DNA of 64,000 bases from Mobula hypostoma (Eukaryota). A program made the translations under genes and the position numbers. The stretch is taken from the NCBI RefSeq assembly GCF_963921235.1, contig NC_086128.1, positions 13,206,001 to 13,270,000 of the forward strand, given 5' to 3'. The notes beneath the pieces are model-generated. The model did no database searches, was not told the origin of the DNA, and worked only from the letters and a program-made list of their open reading frames with translations. Numbering within the stretch: position 1 is the first letter of the stretch; every line of letters begins with the position of its first letter. Shown here piece after piece: positions 1 through 11,713 of this stretch.

Positions 1-252
1 ACAGCAGCCCAAAGCCATACACTCAACATTTTAGGAACAGCTTCTTCCCCTCCGCCATCAGACTTCTGAACGGATAATGAACCAATGTACACTACCTTAA
101 TTTTTTTGCTCTTTTTGCACTACTTATTAGAATAATTAAAAATACATTTCACATTGTAATTTATAGCATTTTATTATTATTTATTACAATGCGCTGTTGT
201 CGCAAAAAAACGAATATTACAAAATTTGCCAGTGATATTAAACCCGATTCTG
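1..252 (+). mobile_element. 3' end of a Rex1/Babar-like LINE
   Basis: AGGAACAGCTTCTTCCCCTCCGCCATCAGACTTCTGAAC encodes RNSFFPSAIRLLN (DUF1891-like C-terminus); tail GATATTAAACCCGATTCTG. Confidence 0.6.
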
Positions 253-1104
253 GTAAGATTTAAAATGTTTTTCCAGACCATCTATTCTATGGGGTGAATC
301 TCCTCCAGAACCATTTTCTGCCAAATGGGAGCTCGTTTTGTGGCCGTGTGACTTGCAAGCTGTTCAGGTTGCAAACAGTTCTTAGGTGCCTTAAACTGGT
401 GAGGACCTGCGATCTGAAAATTGGGTCTTCATTCCCCAGAGGGTCAAGCCTTTGAAATTATGTCGTCAGTTTGTCTGGCCTCTTTGGATAAATTCAAGAG
501 TCAACTGTTCTTGACTCAGAGATTACACCATGTAAAAGATTAGTTCAACAGTGACCAACATATGCAATGATCTCATAGACCGGTTTTGATCAGCAGGGTG
601 GGAGAACAAACGGGAAAAACATGGTGGAGTTAGAGAAGTCTTCCAGAAGCTGTTTATTTATTTTGCTTTCTTGCCTTTCCCAATATATTAAATGACTTCT
701 GGGTATGAACTTATATTGTTGTGATACTCCTGGCATCACAAGTACAAACCTGGCTTGATAAAACAACTGGCCTTTTCCCAAGTCATTTGCATAGTATCAT
801 AGATAACAAAATGGTTTGTGCTATTTTTCTCTATATGATGATCTGCTCTAGCATAATACTCCAATTGTGGCATTACAGGAAACAATTTTTCCTCTGCTTA
901 TCAAACTTCCCATGCACCAGTTTAGGCAGAACAAATTCCTTCACACAATGATATCCCATAAAAATGGTTAATATACAACATTTAGTATATTAATGAGGGC
1001 TCCTGTGATACCTCACATGGCATGATTAGGAGACTAAACAGGAATATAACTGGGAAAAGGCTTCAAAGGTCATGGTTGGGGGGGGGGAAGTGAAATGATG
1101 GTAA

Positions 1105-1967
1105 ACATGAGGAAAACTGCAGATGCTGGAAATTCAAGTAACACACACAAAATGCTGGTGGAACGCAGCAGGCCAGGCAAAATCTATAGGAAGTACAGTC
1201 GACGTTTCGGGTTAAGACCCTTCATCAGAACTAACCGAAAAAAGAGATAGTTAGAGATTTGAAAGTGGGGGCGGGGGAGACCCGAAATGATAGAAGACAG
1301 GAGGGGGAGGGATGAAGCCAAGAGCTGGGAAGTTGATTGGCAAAAGGGATACAAGGCTGGAGAAGGGGGAGTATCATGGGACAGAAGGCCTTGGAAGAAA
1401 GGGGGAGGGGAGCACCAGAGAAAGATGGAGAACAGGCAAGGAGTTATTGTGAGAGGGAGAGAATAAATAAATAAATAAGGGATGGGGTAAGAAGGGGAGG
1501 AGGGGCATTAGCGGAAGTTAGAGAAACCAATGTTCATGCCATCAGGTTGGAGGCTACCCAGACGGAATATAAGGTGCTGTTCCTCCGACCCGAGTGTGGC
1601 TTCATCCCGACAGTAGAGGCCATGGATTGACATATCGGAATGGGAATGGGACGTGGAATTAAAATGTGTGGCCTCTGGGAGATCCTGCTTTCTCTGGCGG
1701 ACAGAGCGTAGGTGTCTCCCAATTTGTGTCGGGTCTCAGCAATTTCTAGAAGGCCACATCAGGAGCACCGAACGCAGTATATCACCCCAGTTGACTCGCA
1801 GGTGAAGTGTCGCCTCACCTGGAAGGACCGTCTGCGGCCCTGGATGGTGGTAAGGGAGGAAGTGTAAGGGCATGTGTAGCACTTGTTCCGCTTACAAGGA
1901 TAAGTGCCAGGAGGGAGATCGGTGGGAAGGGATGGGAGGGACGAATGGACAAGGGAGTTGCGTAGGG
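1105..1967 (-). mobile_element. 5'-truncated Penelope-like element (Neptune type): GIY-YIG region, 3' end and hammerhead motif
   Basis: ORF fragment PCKRNKCYTCPY...FTCESTGVIYCVRCS. Flanked by a 16-bp direct repeat AGTGAAATGATGGTAA (1089-1104, 1968-1983). Confidence 0.85.
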
Positions 1968-1999
1968 AGTGAAATGATGGTAATATTTTTGTTTTGAAA

Positions 2000-2420
2000 G
2001 AGCACTGCCACAAGGAAACAGCACCTATCTTCAAGATCCCCACCATCCAGGCCATGCTCCCTTCTCACTGCTACCATCAGAAAGGAGCTACAGGAGTCTT
2101 AGGTCTCAATTATCACCAGGTTCAGGAACAGATATTACCCTTCAACTACCAGGCTCCCATACCAGTGTGGGTAACTTCACTGACCACAAAACTGAACTAA
2201 TCACTGAACATAATCTGTGGGCTCACTTTAAAGGACTCTACAAATCATGCTCTCAGTACTATTTATTATTATTATTTTGAATTTGCAGTTTGTCTTCTTT
2301 TGCACATTGGTTGCTTGTCAGTGTATGTGCATAGTTATTGCATGCTGGCAAGAAAATGGATTACAGGGCATATGCGGTGACATATGCATACTTTGATTGT
2401 AAATTTACTATGAACTTTAA
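2000..2420 (+). mobile_element. Degenerate Rex1-like LINE 3' fragment
   Basis: ACCAGGTTCAGGAACAGATATTACCCTTCA (TRFRNxYYPS-like) and an AAATTTACTATGAACTTT tail. Confidence 0.5.
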
Positions 2421-2449
2421 AAGTGTATTTCCATTAAAAGCAAGGGTGG

Positions 2450-4280
2450 GCAGAGACAGCCTTGGATGGCTAATGAAATAAAGGAAGGTATCAAATTAAA
2501 AGCTCATGCATGCAGTCACCAAGAGTAGTGTGAAACTGGAAGATTTGGAAAACTTTAAAAAGCAACTTTAGGAATAACCAAGCAAACAATAAGGAAAGGG
2601 AAGATAGATTATGAAAGTAAACTAGCACAACATATAAAACAGTAAGTTATTTATAAAGCAGAAAGGGGTGGCTAAAGTGATTGTAGGTGCCTTGGAAGAT
2701 GACAAGGGTAAATAAATATTTGGTAATGTGGAAATTGCTGAGGGTTTGAATGACTACTGTGTGTCAATCTTCATGGTGGAAGACACATCTAATGTGCCAA
2801 AGAGAAATGTCATGAATGCAATTGCAATCACTAAAGGGGTAGTACTGAGCAAACTAGTGGGCCTAAAGATAGACAAGTGCGCTGGTTCTGAGAGAATGGA
2901 TTCCAGGGTACTGAAAAATATGGCAGAAGTTGTAGCAGAGGCATTTGTGATAATTACCAAAATTCTCTAGACCCTGGAGGATTGGAAGACAGTGAAATGT
3001 CATGTCACTGTTTAAAAGCTAACATTAAGGAAGTAATGGTGAATCACCTGGAGAGAAGTAGCTCCATCAGGCAGATACAACATGGATTCAGGAATGGCAG
3101 GTCCTGTTTGACACTTACTGGAGTTCTTTAAGGATATAATGACAGTGGATAGGGAGAAGCAGGTGAATGTTGTATACTTGGATTTCCAGAAGACATTCAA
3201 TAAGGTGTCAGATGAAAGACATCCATAAAATAAGGGGGCAAGGAGTTGGGGCTAAAGTTTTAGTATTTATAATAGATTGGTTAACCAATGGAAGACAGAG
3301 TTGGGATGAATGGCTATTTTCCTCTGGCTGGCAGTCAGCAGTGAGTAGAGTGCTACAGGAGCTTGTGCTCAGCCTGCAACTGTTCATAATGTACACTAAC
3401 ATTTTGGAAGAGGGGACAGAGTGTAGTGCATCTAGGTTTGCTGATGACACTAAATTAAGTGGGAAAAAATTGCACAAAGGATGTGGAGAGTCTACAGAGG
3501 GATAGAGATGGGTTAAGTGAGTGGGCAAAGGTCTCGCAGATGGGAGTACAATGTTGGTAAATGACAGTTTATTCACTTTGGAAGAAAAATAGATCATATT
3601 ATTTAAATGAAATACTGCAACATGCTGTTGTGTAGAGGGGCTTGTGCCTTAATTACAAAAGGTTGGTTTACTGATGCAACAGAGTTATCAAGAAGACAAA
3701 TGGAATGTTGGCCTTCACTGCTTGAGGGATTGAATTTAAGAGCAGGGATGCTGCAAATGTATCGGGTACTGGTGAAGTCAAACCTGCAGTACTGCATGGA
3801 ATTCTGGTCTCCTGACTTTGTAAAAGATAGAGGCCATTCACCAGGTTGATTACAGAGATGAGGGGGGTTAGCTTATGAGGAGAGATTGAGTTGCCTGGGA
3901 CTGTATTCACTGGAATTCAGATGAGATCTTATTGAAACATAAAATTATGAAAGGGGTAAGATAGAGGCAGGAAAGTTGTTTCCACTGATAAGTGAAACTG
4001 GAACTAGGGAACAGAGCCGCAAGATTCAGGGGGAGTAGATTTAGGATGGAGATGAGGAGGAACTGCTTTTCCCCAGAGGGTGGTGAATCTATGGAATTCT
4101 CTACCCAATGAAGCAGTGAAGACTAACTCAGTAAATATATTTAAGACAAGGTTGGATAGATTCAAGGGTTATAGGGAAAAGGCAGATAGGTGAAGTCGAG
4201 TCCATGGCCAGATCAGCCATAAGCTTATTAAATCAATGGGCAGATGGCCTACTCCTGCTCCTATTTCTTATGTTCCTATG
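2450..4280 (+). mobile_element. Degenerate CR1 LINE ORF2 3' portion
   Basis: Frameshifted RT motifs (VYLDFQK, RFADDTKL, YCMEFWSP) and a CTCCTATTTCTTATG tail. Confidence 0.85.
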
Positions 4281-6834
4281 TCTTAAGGGGAGGGGCATGT
4301 TTAATAGAAATAGATTGGAGAGAGCAAACTGTTGAACAACCCCTTTTTCTTATGAGTCAGTAGAGAGTCAAGTCACAGCTTGGAATGTAGGCAAATTCCT
4401 ATGGAAAAATGTATTTAGTACAATACTAAAGTTAATCATTTTCATTTTTAAAAGTGGCACAAACAATAACTTGCACATACACAACAACTTTCAGGATATC
4501 CTGAACACATTATAATCGATGAAATACTAATGTCATTTTTGTTGTAGAAAATGCAGATTCCCATTTGTACATAGCAGGATCCCTCAAATCATAAACAATG
4601 AACAGATGTTCTAAAAAAAAATCCAAACAGCAGTAATTTTGTACAGTACACAATAGTTTTTAAATTTAAAAAATTCAATTGCATTCAGTGGACCAGAACA
4701 CATTGGAATTTATGGTGTGTATTTGGAGGCTATCAGGTATGTCAACATAAACAACCTATAGTACATTTTGCTGTCACATACTAAATTGTAATGTACAAAG
4801 CCCACACTATTCAGGTTTTAACTGGGGGGAGGGGGAGAGAAGAGAAAGGAAGCTGTGTTGGCATTGATTAAGAGGGGCCCCAAACTTATCAGGTCCACTG
4901 TTATGGATCCCAAGGCATCCAATTAAAAAAAAATCCTCTAGAGTTTCTTAAACGTTGCTTCCATCTGCAACTGTCCCCACTCATTTTACTGCCAATGTCT
5001 GCAGCCCCTGAATACTTGTCCAACAATCTTCTCTGTGCTTTCCTGTCCTGCCCCCAACCCCCTCACACTTCCTCCAGTAGCTCCACAATTACCAATAGAA
5101 GTCGAATTTCTGTTGGGAAGCCCTCAGCAAAAATGACACATCACACCATGTTGTTTTAATGTGCCTCTTCAGTGAAATACATTGTTGTGAGGTTGGCTGA
5201 GGACAGCAGGTAGATCTCCCAGCTCTTCTATGAAGAACAGTTTGGGATCATTAGAGCAGGCAAATCCCCAGTTTTACCCTTCATCCAAAAGACAACACAC
5301 TTGGGAATTGCATTTGTTAACATTCAGGAGTCAGCCAAGATTGTGCACTTAATCTTTAAGAATGGCGCTTTAACTCTTACCTGATTTGAGAACATTAAGT
5401 ATAGACTACATAGAAGAATATTTTGTATATACATATGTGGACATTAACCATATTGATATACAAATATCGCCAGTTAATTCCTCTGGGAAATACCCCAAGG
5501 TACTTTGTGTTGTTAAGATAACAACATAATTTGGTCAATCAAAATGAATCAGAATGAGTTATGAATGTTGGAACAGAAACATTAATGTGCATTTTTATGC
5601 ATACTTGGATTTTCTATAGTTAAAGGTCACAACTAGTCAATGTTTCAGAAAATAAGGTGATTGTAGGTGTTTCTCTGCAGTTTTGTCTGAGATACTCGAG
5701 ACGCAACAGCACCACAATTGGTAGCCGGATACAATGTACCAAGATTCCTATAGGAATTTATAATCAAGGAAAAAAGTTCATACAGAAAGCCAAATATGTG
5801 ACAAATGTTTTGTACTAAGAAACCAGAAGAGAAACTACAAACGTTTGTATTTAACAAATTAATGAATTTCTATATGGAGGCTCTCTTTTGTTGCCGATTA
5901 TACTGTAGGAAGTGCTTGGTGTTTGATTTATCTACTTTAATCATTATCCTCACAGCATTAGTTACAGGAGTTTAAAACATGCATAATTTATGGCAACAAG
6001 ATTAGGAAATGGACACAAAAGGTCCCCATGGCAATATTTTAAGGAACAGAAAATTAGTCCCATCGTTCTGGCCAACATTTAAACCTCTGCCAAAATCATA
6101 AATGAAAGCAGGCTATCTGATCATTATCACATTTATTTTAGTTTACACTAAACAGGCTGCATTTACTTTTTAGAAGGAAATGCATTCTAACTTCCAGCAC
6201 TGTGATGTTCCTGTGTTGCACAAGACACAATCTTTCTTAGTTGGGACAATACCTACCATGCAATACTTACTTTTATGCACATCCTCCAACTTCCAATGTA
6301 CCAGTTATGGAATCCAAGTTGTACAGTAAAGTAAAACACTATTTGGTCTTTCAAAAGAGCTTGACATCTCACTCATTCCCCGCATATCTGCAATTTCTCT
6401 CCATGTATTTACCCTTCTCCCTTTTGAAAGGGATGAATGAAACTTTTTCCATTTTCACAAAAACCAGGGAATACCTTTGCTTAACCACTTATTGCACACA
6501 AAGATATTTTTCTTCCTGTCTTCTCCAGCATTATCTATGACATCTTAATTTGGTTTGATTTCCCTGCCTCCACCTCAGAAGACAAGCCACGAAGTCAGAG
6601 CACATATTCCAACAGTGGCCAAGTTTAGTTTCACACACTAATTACATTTTCTACAGAGGCAGCTATTCAAATAACCTGATTTTGCTTCAGGCATTCAGAA
6701 AAAATTTGATTCAAAATTATTTGCATTGCAGCTCCAAAATGTTGTCATCATCTACCAAGCCCACCTGTTCTGCATTCTCCTGCAAAATTGAAGGTCTTAA
6801 CAGATTTGCAACTGCAGTAAATTCAAATCAACAA

Positions 6835-6995
6835 ACAAGATAAAATCTGCAGATGCTAGAAATCCAAGCAACATACACAAATTGCTGGAGCAACTCAGCA
6901 GGCCAAGCAGCATCTATGGATAAGAGTATTGTTGACATTTTGGGCCGAGACCTTTCATCAGGACCCTTCCTCCAGCAATTTTTGTGTGTTGCTAA
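6835..6995 (-). mobile_element. Short Penelope-derived 3' end with a degenerate hammerhead and a short inverted segment
   Basis: Shares CTGCAGATGCT...CAGCAGGCC...GAGACC..TCATCAGGAC with other copies; inverted CTCCAGCAATTTTTGTGTGTTGCT follows. Confidence 0.7.
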
Positions 6996-9900
6996 ATTCA
7001 AGTCAATCTGCTTTAATATGTTAGCTATTGGCAACATTACACAGGTAATGCACCAATGTGCAAAGACAAAAAACAAAGTATAAACATTGCATATTCAGGT
7101 AAGTCAGGGGAAAAAAGACACCTCCTAGAGTCTTTTGTATTGGATTTACTTTATTCCAAACCGAAGTTTATTGAGCAGATATTGACATGATGTGTTACTA
7201 AATCTGTAATAAATAACAGAATTGATGTTCTCTTCTGACTTCCTACTTGACCACTTGCAAAGATTTTTTGATGCTTTGATTTCAATTCTATACACGTAGA
7301 AAGCAAAGATTATGAACAAGAGCAGGATCAGTTAAAACCTGCTCGATCATGGCTGCATTTTGCCATTCTATCTGGTCGTATATATCTGAATGCAGCTCAG
7401 AGCATAAAGCAGATGAATTCAAACAATGTTAGAAATCATCATCAAGCAAAATGGGGAAAGAGCTATAACCTTAAGCCAAGCTACAAATGGAGTCAATCCT
7501 CTGACGCTGACTCTGGCTCAAGCTACGATTCAAGCTGACCCCAGACAAGTCAGTTTAAGCAAGTTAATACAAACTAGTGGATTTCATAAGCAAAGCGGAA
7601 ACCCAAAAAAATATCTAGGAACACTGCTAAATGTAGTTCATTATTTAGAACTATATCTTTTAAATCCAGTGAAAATGATGTGATTAAGAACTGAAAATGT
7701 TCAACAAAGAAACATCACAATGCACACACACAATCCAACAGTACAATTACTTCCCCCATTTGTTCAGCAAGATGCAGATATTTTCCCTCTATAACTAATT
7801 GCCCTGTGCATGACATTACCGAACCTATAGGTAACAAACTGGCTGTCCTTCACCCAGCATTATACTGCTCTGAAACTGGTGCTGCTGGCAGAACAATTCC
7901 TTCTGCGGCCCCTCCCTATGCTTTCAATGTGAGGAAGTAGTTGATTTTCTGTCCAGCTCTTTCCCTCATAGACATAGCAAGTTTGCAGCTTTATATCCCT
8001 CTTCATACAAAATACTTGTTTCCCAATTCAAATTCAAATCTTCCACAGTTGTTGGGTAAGACAATGAACCATAATAGGTGTTTCTGTTGGACGCCCACAC
8101 TCCGCACAAAATCTATTGTATAAGTTATTCTGGCGAATTATGACCATCCAATATGTATGAATGACAGACAAAAGGTCTTTAAGTACTTGCTAAACTGCCT
8201 AGATTTTTCTGAGCACTTAAGACTAAAAACCCTTAGTGAATACTTAAAATAATTATTAACGTCAAGAGTTAAAACATTAACTGATGATATACGATATATA
8301 CAAGTTATACACTATTGAAAAAGTGCTTTTTAAAAATTTTATCACAATATGATTTTAAAAATCTACAATTTGCACAATATATCAATTAAACAACATACAA
8401 AAGAAAACTGGGAGTTTAGGTTATATAAAAGTTAATTAGAAAATAATATTACATGCATCCCAATTGAGAAACACAAGAAAGATAAATTTTTTCCAAGTCC
8501 AGTAGCTCCTTCAAAAAGAACATGAACTCACCAGTTCTGGTCCTGAATCAGTTTTAATCCCAACAATATAAGCAACAACACTACAGAACATTCATTTTAA
8601 TATATTTTGTAGTATTTACACATAGTGTTTAACCAATCGTACTAACTAGAGGGTAACCAACAGTAAACATTTACAGATTCCCAATAAATCGCAACTTCTC
8701 ATAAACATCAGACAGCATTGACATTTGGTATCTACAGTAACAACTTATTAGTTAAAAAATGGACAAAATGAGCTTTCTGGGCCTTTAAAACATATCACAA
8801 ATTGTTACACATTTTGGATTTTTTTTGGCTGCAATGAACAAATCTTGGAAGTTAGCTACTATGTTGTACAATCTCAGGGATTCTTAAAAGAGTAAAGTGT
8901 TAGCTGTATTTTAGGACCAAGGCTTACAGAAGACTCGTGCCAAATTTCTCACTGTTGGTGTTGGCCTTATAAATCCTTCCCCACAAAGTGCATTTTCAAA
9001 CTGTTCACGATGACTCAAAAAGAAACTCCCATGTTCATTGCAGTAGGTTAGAAATCTATTGACTTCCAAACAATAGATTAAAAATTTAACGTAAAAAGTT
9101 GTAGAATTATCATTATGACACTAATATGCAGGCATAGGTTTATCTTCCAAATGTCACTAACTTTTACCTCCTCTTTACAGCTCACTCAAGATGCCCCAAG
9201 AGTGCAGGACATTTATGCATCCAATGGTGCATTTTGTTTTAAGTAAAGGAAAATGAAATCGGCACAATTATGTACCACTCATGCAAATTACATTCAGAAA
9301 CACTTAAACTGTCAAGCATTGGGACTCTATGTCCTCAAGTCTTTCTTGCTGCATTTCACTTTTCTAATCTATGTATAATTGCAAAACTTCCCCTTCCTCT
9401 TTTGCCTTTGCCAATTTTTTTACTGTCATCTTTCTCACTCAAAAGGTCCAGACACAATGTGGTCAAGGTGCTATCTGATAATTAATGAGCCCATGTAGCA
9501 TATTATGCTGAGTCAGACTTTATGCTTGACAGCCACAAGCATTTTCAGCAGGGATACTCAGATAATATACTTCAATGCACATTTATACTATTCATGACTA
9601 AAATGTATTTTAGTCAAATCACTTACATATATATTATGTATACAGTAGCATTTTGCATGTGTTTTTATCTTGTGCAATTGGTTTTGCAACTTAAAGCATC
9701 AGACATCCCCAAAACCCTCCGATTGAAAATGAACTAACTGCACAGTGGGGCATCTGACTGGTGAGTGCCCAGGTCAGGTGTGAAAATGGCATGGTATTAT
9801 ACAAGAGCTGTGCATCAACTTTCCAATAATGCAACAGCATATATATGAAACCAGCAATTTTTCCTTTACATCTTCTGCTGCAATACTTGACATGCTTATT

Positions 9901-11713
9901 TACAGACCAACACCCAGTTTCCATACCTAGGCACGAAATGAAATCTATATGTATTATATATTCATTTATCTTCGCTTCACAAGCTTGCATCACAATTACT
10001 TGCATGTTCTAGCTTCACTTTAATATCCTTGGTGGTTACAGCAACTGTTAATGGTGAAAGTATATTAATTTTTATTTCTAAAACACTTTTTGTATTCCAT
10101 TTTCAGAGGACTTCTACAGTTTTGAAAGAAAAATATAGAACATGAACAAATGCTTTATCAGAAAAATCTGTTTTTAAGAATACAAAAGAAAACATGTTAA
10201 TTGATGGCTTAAAAAAGAGGCAGAGTGCATGCTTAATTATTAAAATACTTTGAACTAAATAAAATGACTCTCAATTTTTTTCTCCATACACATTTGCTTA
10301 AAAGTGGGATGGATACAAAAATTATTTTCTCACATACCAGAATACTTATGCTTAGCAAAAAGTAGGGATATTGCTAATTAATTTCTAATAACGATCCCAA
10401 ATGTAATTTCTGAATAAAAAGGAAAATTTGTGGCACAGGATCACTATTTAAAAATACACTGTAATCAACCAAAAAATGTGATAAATTAACACGTTAAGGG
10501 GATGAGGAAGTGTGCTCATTATCCCATTTAATTGTTTGTTTTGTCAGAACCCATACTCATTACTGTTCTTGCAGCAGATTTTTATATTTCATACAAGTAG
10601 AGGAAGTCTTGCCATCAACACCCCTTCTGGAAAAAACCTAATTTTTTTATTACATAATACAATTTGAACTTTTAGAGTACTCAAATCTGAGTATTTTTTG
10701 GAGTGAGACAGTTTGAAAGAGCTTAATAATCAGTAACTGCCATCATTAGCCCAAGGTGCTTCTGTGACCTTACTTCCAAATACCCTCACCCTTAAGTTAG
10801 CCCTATGTTGTTGCCCAACTCATTACTCTAAAGGAAAACGGCCATTATGTTATAGATTTGCATTGTCCTCCATTAGTGGGTGAAACTGACTAACTTATCT
10901 CACTTGTGCTACAAGAGTTTCACCAACAAGGAGAAACGGGAGCTATGGTGTCATTTTCCGCACACTCTTACTTCTGCTCTGATCACAATCAAAGCAGCAG
11001 AGGATGCTTCTTCAGATAGGTGGGGTGAAGAGAAAGAGGGTAATTTACTATACTTTCATTTTAAAAAATTCCTGGGTTTAAAAAAAAAGATAAAAAAACA
11101 TCAATGACTGAAAAGGCACAAAGCTCTTTAAGCGCATACATATGTGCTTTTAGGAAGCGTTTTTAGATGTTGATTGAAACCAATTTTATATGAGCAAGCA
11201 AAGCAGCCATACTTGCAAACAAAACCTATTCCCACTGCTGCAGCAGTCGGAGAGCTCGAGTTGGTGTGGGAATTGCAATGCGCTGTCAAAGACTTTGCCT
11301 TCATTAGCACCAGAGCTTACAATGTGAGCAAATCAAAACAAAAATCAAGGTTTCTGCTGACACCAAATGTTAAAGGAATTCAAAAACATAAGTCCTATTT
11401 AACCCTTTGTCCCCCCCCCCAAAATATTTGCGACATATGTAATGGCAAATTGTTTTAACTTCCATTTGCTACTATTACTGAATTACAATTCTGCGCAGAC
11501 TTCTCCTGGTGAGTTCAACAGCAATTGCTACTTGAGACAGGAAACAAAAAAAGAATTCTCATTATTTCTTTTTTTTTTTGCTTTTGCAAAAGGGTTCGTG
11601 ATGGTGAGACTCCCTCTTTAAGAATCATACTTGACTCATTTTTCACAATTGCCCTAGGAAGCAATGAGAAATAGAAAACTCCTGTAAAGCTTCGAATGAA
11701 ATGTCCTCTAATC

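Noticed and set aside
8300-11700. 3'UTR homology between the paralogues and poly(A) site assignment
   Set aside because: Only patchy resemblance by eye (e.g. ~11460-11500 vs ~36405-36465) and many AATAAA-like hexamers; cannot be supported without alignment or RNA data.
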